Of a stretch of 64,000 nt of DNA, positions 30,321 to 39,102 are shown piece after piece. The stretch's first letter is position 1, and every line of letters starts with the position of its first letter. Both the position numbers and the translations under genes were made by a program. A model generated the notes under the pieces. It was not told the DNA's origin. It searched no databases and saw only the letters and a list, made by a program, of their open reading frames with translations. Source of the stretch: an uncultured Eubacteriales bacterium (GTDB lineage: Bacteria > Bacillota > Clostridia > Oscillospirales > Oscillospiraceae); assembly GCA_900549885.1 (NCBI GenBank), contig URQA01000001.1, forward strand, positions 19,335-83,334, in the 5' to 3' direction.

Positions 30321-30345
30321 AATCCCTTTTCCCTTATGCTATAAT
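30317..30345 (+). promoter_or_regulatory. SigA promoter of scfA
   Basis: TTGAAA-17-TATAAT with extended -10 TG. Confidence 0.75.
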
Positions 30346-30379
30346 GCAGACAAGAATCATGGAATGGAGGGAATATCCA

Positions 30380-30523
30380 ATGACCCACATCAAGACGCTC
30401 AATGGCGCCACCTTGAAGCAGAGCGCCTCTTACGGTGGCTGTGGCGAGTGCCAGACCTCTTGCCAGTCTGCCTGCAAGACCTCCTGCACGGTCGCCAACC
30501 AGAAGTGTGAGCACAAGAAGTAA
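30380..30523 (+). CDS. scfA: SCIFF six-cysteine ranthipeptide precursor (47 aa)
   Basis: MTHIKTLN...GGCGECQTSCQSACKTSCTVANQKCE; GGAGG RBS. Confidence 0.96.
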   Translation: MTHIKTLNGATLKQSASYGGCGECQTSCQSACKTSCTVANQKCEHKK

Positions 30524-30543
30524 TTAAACGGAACAAAGCACCG

Positions 30544-30570
30544 AAAGGGTGGGGCTGACCCACCCTTTTT
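30544..30570 (+). terminator. Hairpin/terminator between scfA and scfB
   Basis: AAAGGGTGGG/CCCACCCTTT plus T run. Confidence 0.7.
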
Positions 30571-30598
30571 CTGTGCGTCTGAAGGAGAAATACGAACT

Positions 30599-31984
30599 AT
30601 GGTCCATACCTTTACGAGTCTGGGCGCCTATATTGCTGTGGACGTGAACAGCGGCGCCGTCCATGTGCTGGACAAAACAGCCTATGATCTGCTGTGCCTG
30701 CTGTCCGGTCCTATGGAGGAGATCTGTCCGGATGAGGTGGCTGCCCAGCTGCCCCAGTATGCCCGGGCAGAGGTTAACGGCGCCTGGGAAGAGCTGCTTG
30801 TGCTTCAAAAGCAGGGGCTTCTGTTTACTGATGACAACTATATCGACCCGTCCGCCGCTGCGCTAATGAAGCAGGACGCACCCATCAAGGCTCTGTGCCT
30901 GCATGTGTCCCACGACTGTAATCTGCGGTGCCAATACTGTTTTGCCTCTACAGGCGACTTCGGCACCGGGCACCGCATGACCATGGATGTGGAGACGGCA
31001 AAAAAGGCCATCGACTTTGTCATTCAGCGTTCCGGCTCCCGGCGCAACATTGAGGTGGATTTCTTCGGCGGAGAGCCTCTTATGGCCATGGATACCGTGA
31101 AAGCTACGGTAGACTATGCTCGGTCTTTGGAAGAAAAGCACGGAAAGAACTTCCGTTTCACGATTACCACCAACGGTGTGTTGCTCAATGAAGAAAACAT
31201 TGCGTATATCAACCGGGAGATGTCCAATGCGGTTCTCTCTCTGGATGGCCGTCCAGAGGTCAATGATAAGATGCGCAAGACCATCTCCGGCACCGGCAGT
31301 TATGACGTGATTCTTCCAAAGTTCCAAAAGCTGGTGGAGGGCAGAGGAGATAAGGACTACTACCTTCGGGGTACCTTTACCCGCTATAACAGAGACTTTT
31401 CCGCCGATGTCATGCACATTGCGGATCAGGGCTTCCGAAACGTTTCTGTGGAACCCGTTGTGGGCAGCCCGGATTGCGACTACACCTTCCGGGAAGAGGA
31501 TCTTCCTGGCATTCTGGCGGAATATGAAAAGCTGGCGGAGCAGCTCCTCCATCGTCCGGACGTCAACTTTTTCCACTTCAACGTGGATCTGTCCCAGGGG
31601 CCTTGTGTGATCAAGCGGCTTCGGGGCTGTGGGGCGGGCTGCGAATATGTGGCCATTACGCCGGAAGGAGATATTTATCCCTGTCATCAATTTGTGGGCA
31701 ATGAAGAATATAAGTTGGGCAATCTCTATGAAGATACCTTTAATATGGATCTTTCCCACCGATTCGGCGAACTGAACGTCTATACCAGACCTGATTGCCA
31801 GCAATGCTGGGCCCGCTTTTATTGCAGCGGTGGATGCTCCGCTTCTAACCTGCTTGTCAACGGGGACATAAAAATTCCGAATCGCTTTGGTTGCGACATG
31901 CAGCGGAAACGGCTTGAATGCGCTATTGCGATGAAAGCTCATCAGGCAGGTATGGTGGAAGAAATGACGGAAATGGCTCAATAA
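30599..31984 (+). CDS. scfB: SCIFF radical SAM/SPASM maturase
   Basis: CNLRCQYC, FFGGEP, CGAG, GDIYPCH, C..CWARFYCSGGC. Confidence 0.96.
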   Translation: MVHTFTSLGAYIAVDVNSGAVHVLDKTAYDLLCLLSGPMEEICPDEVAAQLPQYARAEVNGAWEELLVLQKQGLLFTDDNYIDPSAAALMKQDAPIKALCLHVSHDCNLRCQYCFASTGDFGTGHRMTMDVETAKKAIDFVIQRSGSRRNIEVDFFGGEPLMAMDTVKATVDYARSLEEKHGKNFRFTITTNGVLLNEENIAYINREMSNAVLSLDGRPEVNDKMRKTISGTGSYDVILPKFQKLVEGRGDKDYYLRGTFTRYNRDFSADVMHIADQGFRNVSVEPVVGSPDCDYTFREEDLPGILAEYEKLAEQLLHRPDVNFFHFNVDLSQGPCVIKRLRGCGAGCEYVAITPEGDIYPCHQFVGNEEYKLGNLYEDTFNMDLSHRFGELNVYTRPDCQQCWARFYCSGGCSASNLLVNGDIKIPNRFGCDMQRKRLECAIAMKAHQAGMVEEMTEMAQ

Positions 31985-32000
31985 CAATATCTTGTTTTTT

Positions 32001-32043
32001 CGTTAAGACGGCCTACAGCATCTAGCTGTAGGCCGTCTTAACG
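32001..32043. repeat. Perfect 19-bp inverted repeat after scfB
   Basis: CGTTAAGACGGCCTACAGC-ATCTA-GCTGTAGGCCGTCTTAACG. Confidence 0.9.
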
Positions 32044-32050
32044 GGTCTAT

Positions 32051-32078
32051 AGTTTACATAATTCAATTTACATAAAAA
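32051..32078 (-). other. Candidate XerD-binding / dif-like site
   Basis: Minus strand TTTTTATGTAA-ATTGAA-TTATGTAAACT; right arm identical to the Bacillus/Staphylococcus dif XerD arm. Confidence 0.5.
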
Positions 32079-32120
32079 CGGGGCATAATCCACAAAAAGT
32101 GAAAACTTTCCGTTTTTCTC

Positions 32121-32149
32121 TTGCGCCCGCCTGAAAAGTGATTTATAGT
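32121..32149 (+). promoter_or_regulatory. SigA-like promoter upstream of spoIIM-xerD
   Basis: TTGCGC-17-TATAGT. Confidence 0.5.
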
Positions 32150-32184
32150 ATCTTCTGCGCACCTGCGTTTTCTTTCCACTTCAC

Positions 32185-32213
32185 GCATAATCAGATGTCC
32201 CTGGGCATATTTT
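32185..32213 (+). promoter_or_regulatory. SigE-type promoter of spoIIM
   Basis: GCATAAT-14-CATATTTT. Confidence 0.75.
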
Positions 32214-32230
32214 CCCTTGAGGTGATTGCA

Positions 32231-32863
32231 GTGGGGAAAAGGCTGGGAAAGTCTGCCTCCGGGCGGCTGAAAGCGGACGGGCTCATCCTGATCGCGGTGT
32301 TGTTCGCCTGCTTTATGGGCGCCGGCATTGCAGGATGTCTGGCCGTTTCCGCCGCAGGAACCGACGGGATCGACACGCTGTCGTCTTTCCTACAAGATTA
32401 TTTGGCCCTAGTTGATGATGGATCTGCGGTGTCCCCAGGCATCTGGTCTGTGATATGGGAGCTATGCCGTTGGCCAGTGTTGGTTTTGTTGCTGGGATTT
32501 ACCGCTCTTGGGGCGGTCGCAATCCCGGTCGTGTTCTGTGTGAGAGGTTTCTTGCTGTCTTATGCGTTGGCATCGTTTGTCCGTGTATTCGGTTCCACGG
32601 GAATCTTTGCCGCGTTTGCCGTGTTTGGAATGGCCGCTCTGGTGTCGGTCCCCGTGCTGTTTTGTATGGGGGCTTTCGCTTTCTCATCTTCCCTCCGGCT
32701 GGCCGCCGGGGTACTGGGAAACCGCCAGGCTGGACTTTTCCCGAGGGAGAAGCTTCTGGGTCTAATTCCCTGCGGTGTTCTATTATTGCTGGCAGTTTTT
32801 GTACAATGGTCTGTTATGCCTCAGCTGCTGTTGGCAGTATCCAAGCTGCTGACAGCAGCGTGA
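32231..32863 (+). CDS. spoIIM: Stage II sporulation protein M
   Basis: Polytopic membrane protein, G...IP....RGF.L motif, SigE promoter, adjacent to xerD. Confidence 0.8.
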   Translation: MGKRLGKSASGRLKADGLILIAVLFACFMGAGIAGCLAVSAAGTDGIDTLSSFLQDYLALVDDGSAVSPGIWSVIWELCRWPVLVLLLGFTALGAVAIPVVFCVRGFLLSYALASFVRVFGSTGIFAAFAVFGMAALVSVPVLFCMGAFAFSSSLRLAAGVLGNRQAGLFPREKLLGLIPCGVLLLLAVFVQWSVMPQLLLAVSKLLTAA

Positions 32864-32880
32864 GAGGGGAGTGGAGTGTT

Positions 32881-33759
32881 TTGAATCATCTGTCTGGATA
32901 TGAGGATTGGTTGAAATTTGAAAAAAAGGCGTCTGCCAATACGCTCAGTTCCTATCTGAGAGATGTCCGGCAGTTCTCTGCCTGGCTGGAAGGGCAGGAT
33001 TTGGATGTATCCCAGGCGACTCAGGGAGATATTAAAAGCTATGTGAAATACCTCCGGGCCCGGGGAAAATCCGAAGCTACGGTGGTTCGTTCAGTAGCCT
33101 CCCTCAAGTCCTTCTACTCCTATCTGGTGGCCTGCCAAGTACTGTCTGTCAATCCTGCAAAAGGGTACACGCCCTCCAAAATCGAGCGAAAACTTCCTCA
33201 AATTCTCACCAGTAAGGAAGTAGACCTGTTTTTGGAGCAGCCGGATGGTTCGGATGCCAAGGGCTGCCGGGACAAGGCGATGTTAGAACTGCTGTACGCC
33301 ACGGGCATCCGGGTCAGCGAGTTAATCGCCCTAGATGTCCAGGATGTGAATTTGGCAGTGGGTTTTATCCGCTGTGAAAGTCATGGAAAAGAGCGTATGA
33401 TCCCGTTGTACAAGGCGGCAATTCGGGCGTTGGCAGCCTATATCAACGAGGTGCGGCCACAGTTGCTGGAGCGGCCGGAGGAATTGGCCCTGTTTGTCAA
33501 TTTGTCTGGAGAGCGGATGAGTCGCCAGGGCTTTTGGAAAATCGTCAAGTATTATCAGGAAAAGGCGGGCATCGACAAGGACATTACCCCTCATACTCTC
33601 CGCCACTCTTTTGCCGCCCATTTGCTGGAAAACGGTGCGGATCTGAAATCCATCCAGGAAATGCTGGGACACGCCGATATTTCATCCACCCAAATCTATA
33701 CTCAGCTGGTCAACCAAAAGCTGAAAGACGTGTATATTAAAGCTCACCCAAGAGCATAG
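32881..33759 (+). CDS. xerD: Tyrosine recombinase XerD (RipX-like)
   Basis: SANTLSSYLRD, RDKAMLELLYATGIRVSEL, MSRQGFW, PHTLRHSFA.HLL, LGHADISSTQIY, HPRA terminus. Confidence 0.93.
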   Translation: MNHLSGYEDWLKFEKKASANTLSSYLRDVRQFSAWLEGQDLDVSQATQGDIKSYVKYLRARGKSEATVVRSVASLKSFYSYLVACQVLSVNPAKGYTPSKIERKLPQILTSKEVDLFLEQPDGSDAKGCRDKAMLELLYATGIRVSELIALDVQDVNLAVGFIRCESHGKERMIPLYKAAIRALAAYINEVRPQLLERPEELALFVNLSGERMSRQGFWKIVKYYQEKAGIDKDITPHTLRHSFAAHLLENGADLKSIQEMLGHADISSTQIYTQLVNQKLKDVYIKAHPRA

Positions 33760-33771
33760 GCCCTGCATGAT

Positions 33772-33807
33772 ACGGCGGACCGGCGAGAACGCCAGTCCGC
33801 CGTTTTT
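33772..33807 (+). terminator. Intrinsic terminator after xerD
   Basis: ACGGCGGAC...GTCCGCCGT plus T run. Confidence 0.75.
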
Positions 33808-33809
33808 GC

Positions 33810-33838
33810 TTGCCTTTATGGCTGTGGTATGGTAAAAT
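33810..33838 (+). promoter_or_regulatory. SigA promoter of the ruv operon
   Basis: TTGCCT-17-TAAAAT with extended -10 TG. Confidence 0.6.
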
Positions 33839-33865
33839 ATTTTGATAAGCGGGGAGGAGATACAG

Positions 33866-34378
33866 GTGCTGATCCTTGGGATAGATCCCGGCTACGCCAT
33901 CGTGGGGTTTGGCTTGGTGGAAAGCGCAGGCGGAAGCTGCCGTCTGAAGGCCTGCGGGGCAATCAACACACCAGCCGGAGTTCGCCTGTCCGCCCGGCTG
34001 TGGCGGATCGGTTCCGACCTGGAAGAACTGATTGGTCGGTTTCATCCGGATGCCATGGCCATTGAAGAGCTGTTCTTCAACCAGAACGTTACCACCGGAA
34101 TTGGTGTGGCCCAAGCCAGAGGCGTCATTTTAATGACAGCGGAAAAGATGGGCCTGCCTATCTATGAGTACAACCCTTCCCAAGTAAAACAGGCTGTGGT
34201 GGGCTATGGAAAGGCGGAAAAGCGCCAGGTCATGGATATGACCAAACGCCTGTTGGGCTTATCTGCTGTTCCAAAGCCAGATGACGCTGCCGATGCAGTG
34301 GCAGTAGCCCTTTGCCACGCTCGCTCAGCCACCTCGCGGCTGCTGTGCCAGGCCCGGGTTATGAAAGAACAATACTGA
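33866..34378 (+). CDS. ruvC: Holliday junction resolvase
   Basis: ILGIDPG, AIEELFF, QARGV, PDDAADA.A.A.CH. Confidence 0.97.
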   Translation: MLILGIDPGYAIVGFGLVESAGGSCRLKACGAINTPAGVRLSARLWRIGSDLEELIGRFHPDAMAIEELFFNQNVTTGIGVAQARGVILMTAEKMGLPIYEYNPSQVKQAVVGYGKAEKRQVMDMTKRLLGLSAVPKPDDAADAVAVALCHARSATSRLLCQARVMKEQY

Positions 34379-34394
34379 CTGCCAGGAGGCACTT

Positions 34395-34997
34395 ATGTTT
34401 TACTATATTCAAGGTATAGTAGCCCATGTGGCACCCTATCTGGCAGTCCTTGACTGCAGCGGGGTGGGCTATGCCTGCAAGACCACCAATCACACGTTGG
34501 CGGCCCTCACCCGTGGCAAGAGCGCCAAGCTGTACACCCATCTCTATGTGAGGGAAGAAATTATGGAACTGTACGGCTTTATCTCGGAAAGTGAACTGAA
34601 CTGCTTTGAAATGCTGATCGGCGTGTCTGGCGTGGGGCCCAAAGCCGCATTGGCCATTCTGTCCTCTAACACGCCGGAGGGGCTGGCGACGGCTATCGTA
34701 TCTGGCAACGAAAAGGCGCTGACCTCCGCGCCAGGCATCGGGAAAAAGATCGCCCAGCGTATCATCCTGGAGCTGAAAGACAAGCTGGCCAAGGGTCAGC
34801 TTACCGTCTCAGGCGGAGAGGCTTTTGCCGGCGGTATGACCATCATTCCAGAGGACAAGACCAGCGAGGCTGCCGCTGCCCTGGCGGTGTTGGGGTACAG
34901 CCAGCAGGAAATCGGTATAGCCTTCAAAGGGCTTGATATGGAGGGACTTACGCTGGAGGAGATCATCAAGCAGGCTTTGAAGAAAATGGTAAAATAG
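34395..34997 (+). CDS. ruvA: Holliday junction branch migration protein A
   Basis: VRE...LYGF, VSGVGPK.AL, PGIGKK.AQRIILELKDK. Confidence 0.97.
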   Translation: MFYYIQGIVAHVAPYLAVLDCSGVGYACKTTNHTLAALTRGKSAKLYTHLYVREEIMELYGFISESELNCFEMLIGVSGVGPKAALAILSSNTPEGLATAIVSGNEKALTSAPGIGKKIAQRIILELKDKLAKGQLTVSGGEAFAGGMTIIPEDKTSEAAAALAVLGYSQQEIGIAFKGLDMEGLTLEEIIKQALKKMVK

Positions 34998-35021
34998 CTT
35001 TTTGACAAGGAGCGGTAAGAT

Positions 35022-35357
35022 ATGCCTAAATACAACAGGCATTTTCACGGCGACCCAACCCAGGTGTTGGAGCGTCTGGATCAAGAAATACGCAAAAGCA
35101 CCTATACCATCTCATTGGTGGAAGAAAGCCAAACGGAGTTGTCTGGCGTTTCCTGTGTGCTCCGGTTATATGAAGCGTATCGGATCGATGGCAGCCGGGC
35201 GGACATGACCATTGCCCTGATGACAGATGGGCACGAATTATGCCTTTCTGCCGTGGTGAACGGTGGCAAACGGGTGCGGACCTTCTTGTCTCCTGCACGA
35301 GCTGAGAGCTCTTTGCTGGAAATGGTCCAGAATACGATAGAACACTTTTCGTCGTGA
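35022..35357 (+). CDS. Hypothetical protein (DUF6054-like)
   Basis: AAGGAG RBS; fills the ruvA-ruvB gap; family assignment from pattern recall only. Confidence 0.55.
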   Translation: MPKYNRHFHGDPTQVLERLDQEIRKSTYTISLVEESQTELSGVSCVLRLYEAYRIDGSRADMTIALMTDGHELCLSAVVNGGKRVRTFLSPARAESSLLEMVQNTIEHFSS

Positions 35358-35390
35358 ACCAAACCGCATTGAGTAATGGGGCGTGAATCC

Positions 35391-36452
35391 ATGGCAATTG
35401 ATTTCTCCAATCAGGAATTTGAGACAGAAGTATTTGACCCCCTGGTCACCACTTCTCTCACGGCAGCGGACGAGGGGGAGTACTCCTTACGGCCAAAATC
35501 TCTGTCGGAGTACATCGGGCAGCAGAAGGCCAAGGGCAACTTGGAGGTATTCATTCAGGCCGCCAAAATGCGGGGAGAGCCCTTGGATCATGTGTTACTC
35601 CACGGACCTCCGGGGCTGGGTAAGACCACGCTCAGCGGCATTATCGCCAACGAGATGGGAGTCAATATCCGCATCACCTCCGGTCCGGCCATTGAAAAGC
35701 CGGGGGACTTGGCCGCCTTGTTGACAAACCTCCAAGAGAACGACATCCTATTTGTGGATGAGATCCACCGGCTCAACCGCTCGGTGGAAGAGATCCTCTA
35801 TCCGGCGATGGAGGACTACGCTATCGACATCATCATCGGTAAGGGACCTTCGGCCAACTCCATCCGGCTGGATCTGCCCCGTTTCACCCTGATCGGGGCC
35901 ACTACCCGGGCTGGGCAGTTGTCCGCCCCACTGCGGGACAGATTTGGAGTGACCCTTCGGCTGGAGCTGTATACCCCGGAGGAACTGGCTCTCATCATCA
36001 CCCGCTCTGCGGGAATCCTGGATGTTCCCATTGAGCGGGACGGGGCGCTGGAGATCGCCCGGCGCAGCCGGGGCACTCCCCGCATCGCAAACCGGCTATT
36101 GCGGCGGGTGCGGGACTTTGCCCAGGTCACCGCTGGCGGAGTCATCACCCGCCATGTGGCGGACCGGGCCCTGCAGGCCCTGGAGATCGACCAACTGGGA
36201 CTGGACAACATTGACCGGCGGATGCTCACCAGTATCATTGAGAACTATGCCGGAGGTCCAGTGGGGCTGGACACCTTGGCCGCCACCATCAACGAGGAGT
36301 CCGTCACCTTGGAGGACGTGTACGAGCCTTATCTCATGCAGTTGGGGTTTCTCACCCGGACTCCCCGGGGCCGGTGTGCCACTCGGAAGGCCTATGAGCA
36401 TTTGGGACTTCCGTTGTCTGGAGGAGCGGAAATGGAACAGCTGACCTTGTGA
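35391..36452 (+). CDS. ruvB: Holliday junction branch migration helicase B
   Basis: [45 protein letters not shown]. Confidence 0.98.
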   Translation: MAIDFSNQEFETEVFDPLVTTSLTAADEGEYSLRPKSLSEYIGQQKAKGNLEVFIQAAKMRGEPLDHVLLHGPPGLGKTTLSGIIANEMGVNIRITSGPAIEKPGDLAALLTNLQENDILFVDEIHRLNRSVEEILYPAMEDYAIDIIIGKGPSANSIRLDLPRFTLIGATTRAGQLSAPLRDRFGVTLRLELYTPEELALIITRSAGILDVPIERDGALEIARRSRGTPRIANRLLRRVRDFAQVTAGGVITRHVADRALQALEIDQLGLDNIDRRMLTSIIENYAGGPVGLDTLAATINEESVTLEDVYEPYLMQLGFLTRTPRGRCATRKAYEHLGLPLSGGAEMEQLTL

Positions 36453-36459
36453 GGCAAGC

Positions 36460-36921
36460 GTGAAAAAGAACAAAAAAGATATCCTGGCCGCCATTTTGGG
36501 CGTTGTAGTCACTGCGGCTGTCGTCCTGGCTGTGGTCGCAGTGATCATCCTGATCGACGCGGGATTGTTGTGCCTGCTGGGTGTGCGCAGCGCTTCCTTT
36601 GGACATCTGGTGGGCTACGTGTTGCTGGCGTCAGTGGTCGGGTTGCCGCTAGAGCTGTTCACCAATGGTTTGGCCGGCGCCCTGTTTCGGTTGGGCTGGG
36701 CCAGCCGCAGAATGGCAAATCTGCTGTACATTCCGCTGGATACGCTGTGCTCCGCCCTTGCGTTTTGGGGAACGGATCTTCTGTTGGATCAGGTAGAGGC
36801 AAACGGCTTTGCAATCCTGATTGTCGCTCTGGTGTCCGCAGTCTTTTCCCAGCCCATCGAGAAGGTGAAGCAGAACAGTGAAAAGCGAACGGGGAAGGAC
36901 GACGGCGGACCGAATGAATAG
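36460..36921 (+). CDS. 4-TM membrane protein (YrvL-like)
   Basis: Four hydrophobic segments; family assignment tentative. Confidence 0.55.
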   Translation: MKKNKKDILAAILGVVVTAAVVLAVVAVIILIDAGLLCLLGVRSASFGHLVGYVLLASVVGLPLELFTNGLAGALFRLGWASRRMANLLYIPLDTLCSALAFWGTDLLLDQVEANGFAILIVALVSAVFSQPIEKVKQNSEKRTGKDDGGPNE

Positions 36922-36995
36922 TCAGGTGCGATTGGGCAATGACATAAGCTGGGCACGATGCCCGTAGAAACATCAAAAACGAGGTGTATTCAAAT

Positions 36996-38369
36996 ATGGG
37001 TAAACTCTTTGGGACAGATGGAATCCGGGGCGTAGTCAATGATGGATTGGATGCAATTTTGGCATACAAAGTAGGATTGGCCGCCGCTGTGGTCCTAGCG
37101 GATGGAAAGGCGGAAGGGGAACGGCCTCTGGTCACCATCGGGAAAGACACCCGTATCTCTGGTGACCTGCTCAAAGGCGCGCTGATTGCCGGTCTGTGCA
37201 CTGCCGGGGCAGATGTGCTAGACCTGGGTACCTTGCCTACACCCGGAGTGGCATGGGTGACAGTGGACGAGAAAGCGGATGCCGGCATTGTCATCTCCGC
37301 ATCCCATAACCCCTTTGAGCACAATGGAATCAAAATCTTTAATGGGCAGGGCTTTAAGCTGTCCGACGCCCTGGAGGAGAAGATAGAAGAGATGGTCCTC
37401 TCTGACGGAGAGAATATTCCCATAAAGACCGGAGAGCATATTGGAAAGGTCAGTTATGTGGCTGATAAGGCCTCAGAGGACTATATCGACCATTTGGAGA
37501 GTAGTATCCATGAGGATCTCCATGGACTGCGCATCTTGGTGGACTGCGCCAACGGCGCGGCTTACGCCACCGCCGGCCGCTTGTTTGACCGCTTTCCTAA
37601 GCTGATGACCGATATTATCAATGCCGACCCCGATGGGGTGAACATCAACGACAAATGCGGCTCCACCCACATGGATGCTTTGGCCGCCATGGTGACCGCC
37701 GGCGGATACGACTTGGGCATTGCTTTTGACGGAGACGCGGACCGCTGCCTGGCTGTGGACGAGAAGGGCCGGGAGATCGACGGCGATCAGGTGATGGCGC
37801 TGTGCGGCCTGTCCCTCAAGGAGCAGGGGCGGTTGTTTGGAAACACAGTAGTAGCGACTGTCATGTCCAATATTGGCCTGCATAAATTTGTCAAAGAGAA
37901 TGGAATATCTCTGGAGTGTACCAGCGTGGGGGATCGGAACGTGCTGGAACGGATGCTGGAAAAGGGATATGTCATCGGCGGTGAGCAGTCGGGGCACATG
38001 ATCTTCCTGGAGTACGCCACCACAGGGGACGGCCAACTCACAGCGCTTCAGATACTCGCCCTGCTCCAGAGAAGCGGGAAAAAGGCATCTGAGCTCTTTG
38101 GAAGCTGCGCCCGCTATCCGCAGGTGCTCATCAACATCCCGGTTTCCGGCGGAAACGCAGCAAAGGATGCCATCATGGCTGCCGATTGGCTGCGGGATGC
38201 GGTGGCCCAGCAGGAAGCCATCCTTGGGGAAAGCGGACGCATACTGGTCCGTCCATCGGGGACAGAGGCCCTGATCCGCGTGATGGTGGAGGCACAGGAA
38301 GAGGAAACCGCCCACTCCTGCGCTCAAATTCTGGCTGACCGGATAAAATGCCAGGAAAACAGCGTTTAA
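36996..38369 (+). CDS. glmM: Phosphoglucosamine mutase
   Basis: FGTDGIRG, ISASHNP, DGDADR, GGEQSGH, RPSGTE. Confidence 0.97.
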   Translation: MGKLFGTDGIRGVVNDGLDAILAYKVGLAAAVVLADGKAEGERPLVTIGKDTRISGDLLKGALIAGLCTAGADVLDLGTLPTPGVAWVTVDEKADAGIVISASHNPFEHNGIKIFNGQGFKLSDALEEKIEEMVLSDGENIPIKTGEHIGKVSYVADKASEDYIDHLESSIHEDLHGLRILVDCANGAAYATAGRLFDRFPKLMTDIINADPDGVNINDKCGSTHMDALAAMVTAGGYDLGIAFDGDADRCLAVDEKGREIDGDQVMALCGLSLKEQGRLFGNTVVATVMSNIGLHKFVKENGISLECTSVGDRNVLERMLEKGYVIGGEQSGHMIFLEYATTGDGQLTALQILALLQRSGKKASELFGSCARYPQVLINIPVSGGNAAKDAIMAADWLRDAVAQQEAILGESGRILVRPSGTEALIRVMVEAQEEETAHSCAQILADRIKCQENSV

Positions 38370-38393
38370 GTACAAAAAAATTTGTATAAACTA

Positions 38394-38423
38394 TTGACAT
38401 TTCACAGGAGTCTGGATTATACT
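38394..38423 (+). promoter_or_regulatory. SigA promoter of the sigH-like gene
   Basis: TTGACA-18-TATACT. Confidence 0.65.
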
Positions 38424-38438
38424 TACAGAGTAAATTGT

Positions 38439-39002
38439 ATGGAATCGACAACACACGACAAAGCCCAATACAGCGACGAGACTCTTTGCACTTTAGCCGC
38501 ATCAGGCGACCGTATCGCAGAGGAGGTTTTGGTCCTGCGGTACAATCGTCTGGTGCGTATCTGTGCCCGTCCCTTTTTTCTCACAGGTGGAGACAGCGAC
38601 GATCTGATTCAGGAGGCAATGATCGGCCTGCTGAAAGCAATACGGGAATTTGACCCAGAGCGGGATGTCTCCTTTCGAACCTTTGCTGAGGTATGCATCC
38701 GAAATCGAATCCGCTCTGTGGTGATGGCTGCTGTCCGGGATAAGCATGCTCCTTTGAACAACAGCCTGCCGATGGAAGCCGTGCCAGATGTAACATTTAG
38801 TCCGGAAGACAGTCTGCTGGACCGGGAGGCGGACAATGAACGCCTGTACCAGTTGAAGCGGCAGCTGTCTCCTTTGGAGCAACATATTTTGTCCCTGTAT
38901 CTTTCTGGCCTCACCTACGGCGAAATTGGCGCAGAACTTAACAGGCCCGTGAAGTCGATAGACAATGCGATTCAGCGCATTCGGCGCAAGGTCGCACCAT
39001 AA
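38439..39002 (+). CDS. sigH: SigH-family RNA polymerase sigma factor
   Basis: FFLTGGDSDDLIQEAMIGL.KAIREF, SFRTFAEVCI, R.KH.PLN, KSIDNAIQRIRRK. Confidence 0.85.
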   Translation: MESTTHDKAQYSDETLCTLAASGDRIAEEVLVLRYNRLVRICARPFFLTGGDSDDLIQEAMIGLLKAIREFDPERDVSFRTFAEVCIRNRIRSVVMAAVRDKHAPLNNSLPMEAVPDVTFSPEDSLLDREADNERLYQLKRQLSPLEQHILSLYLSGLTYGEIGAELNRPVKSIDNAIQRIRRKVAP

Positions 39003-39102
39003 AAATGGCGTTATCAGCGAAAGCTGACGCAAATATTATACTGTGCCCCAGCATGATCGGGTTTCTTCCGGGCCTGGGCAAGTCAAAAGAGAGGGTATTT
39101 CC

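Noticed and set aside
30863..31987. Long antisense ORFs over scfB (also over asd, tyrS and glmM)
   Set aside because: Shadow frames of well-supported genes
32455..32880. N-terminal extension of XerD in the ORF track (434 aa)
   Set aside because: Overlaps spoIIM out of frame; RBS and homology start at TTG 32881
33787..33798. LexA box before ruvC (GAACGCCAGTCC)
   Set aside because: Mismatched right half, and explained by the xerD terminator stem-loop
36922..36995. glmS-type ribozyme or other leader before glmM
   Set aside because: Too short and no conserved motif
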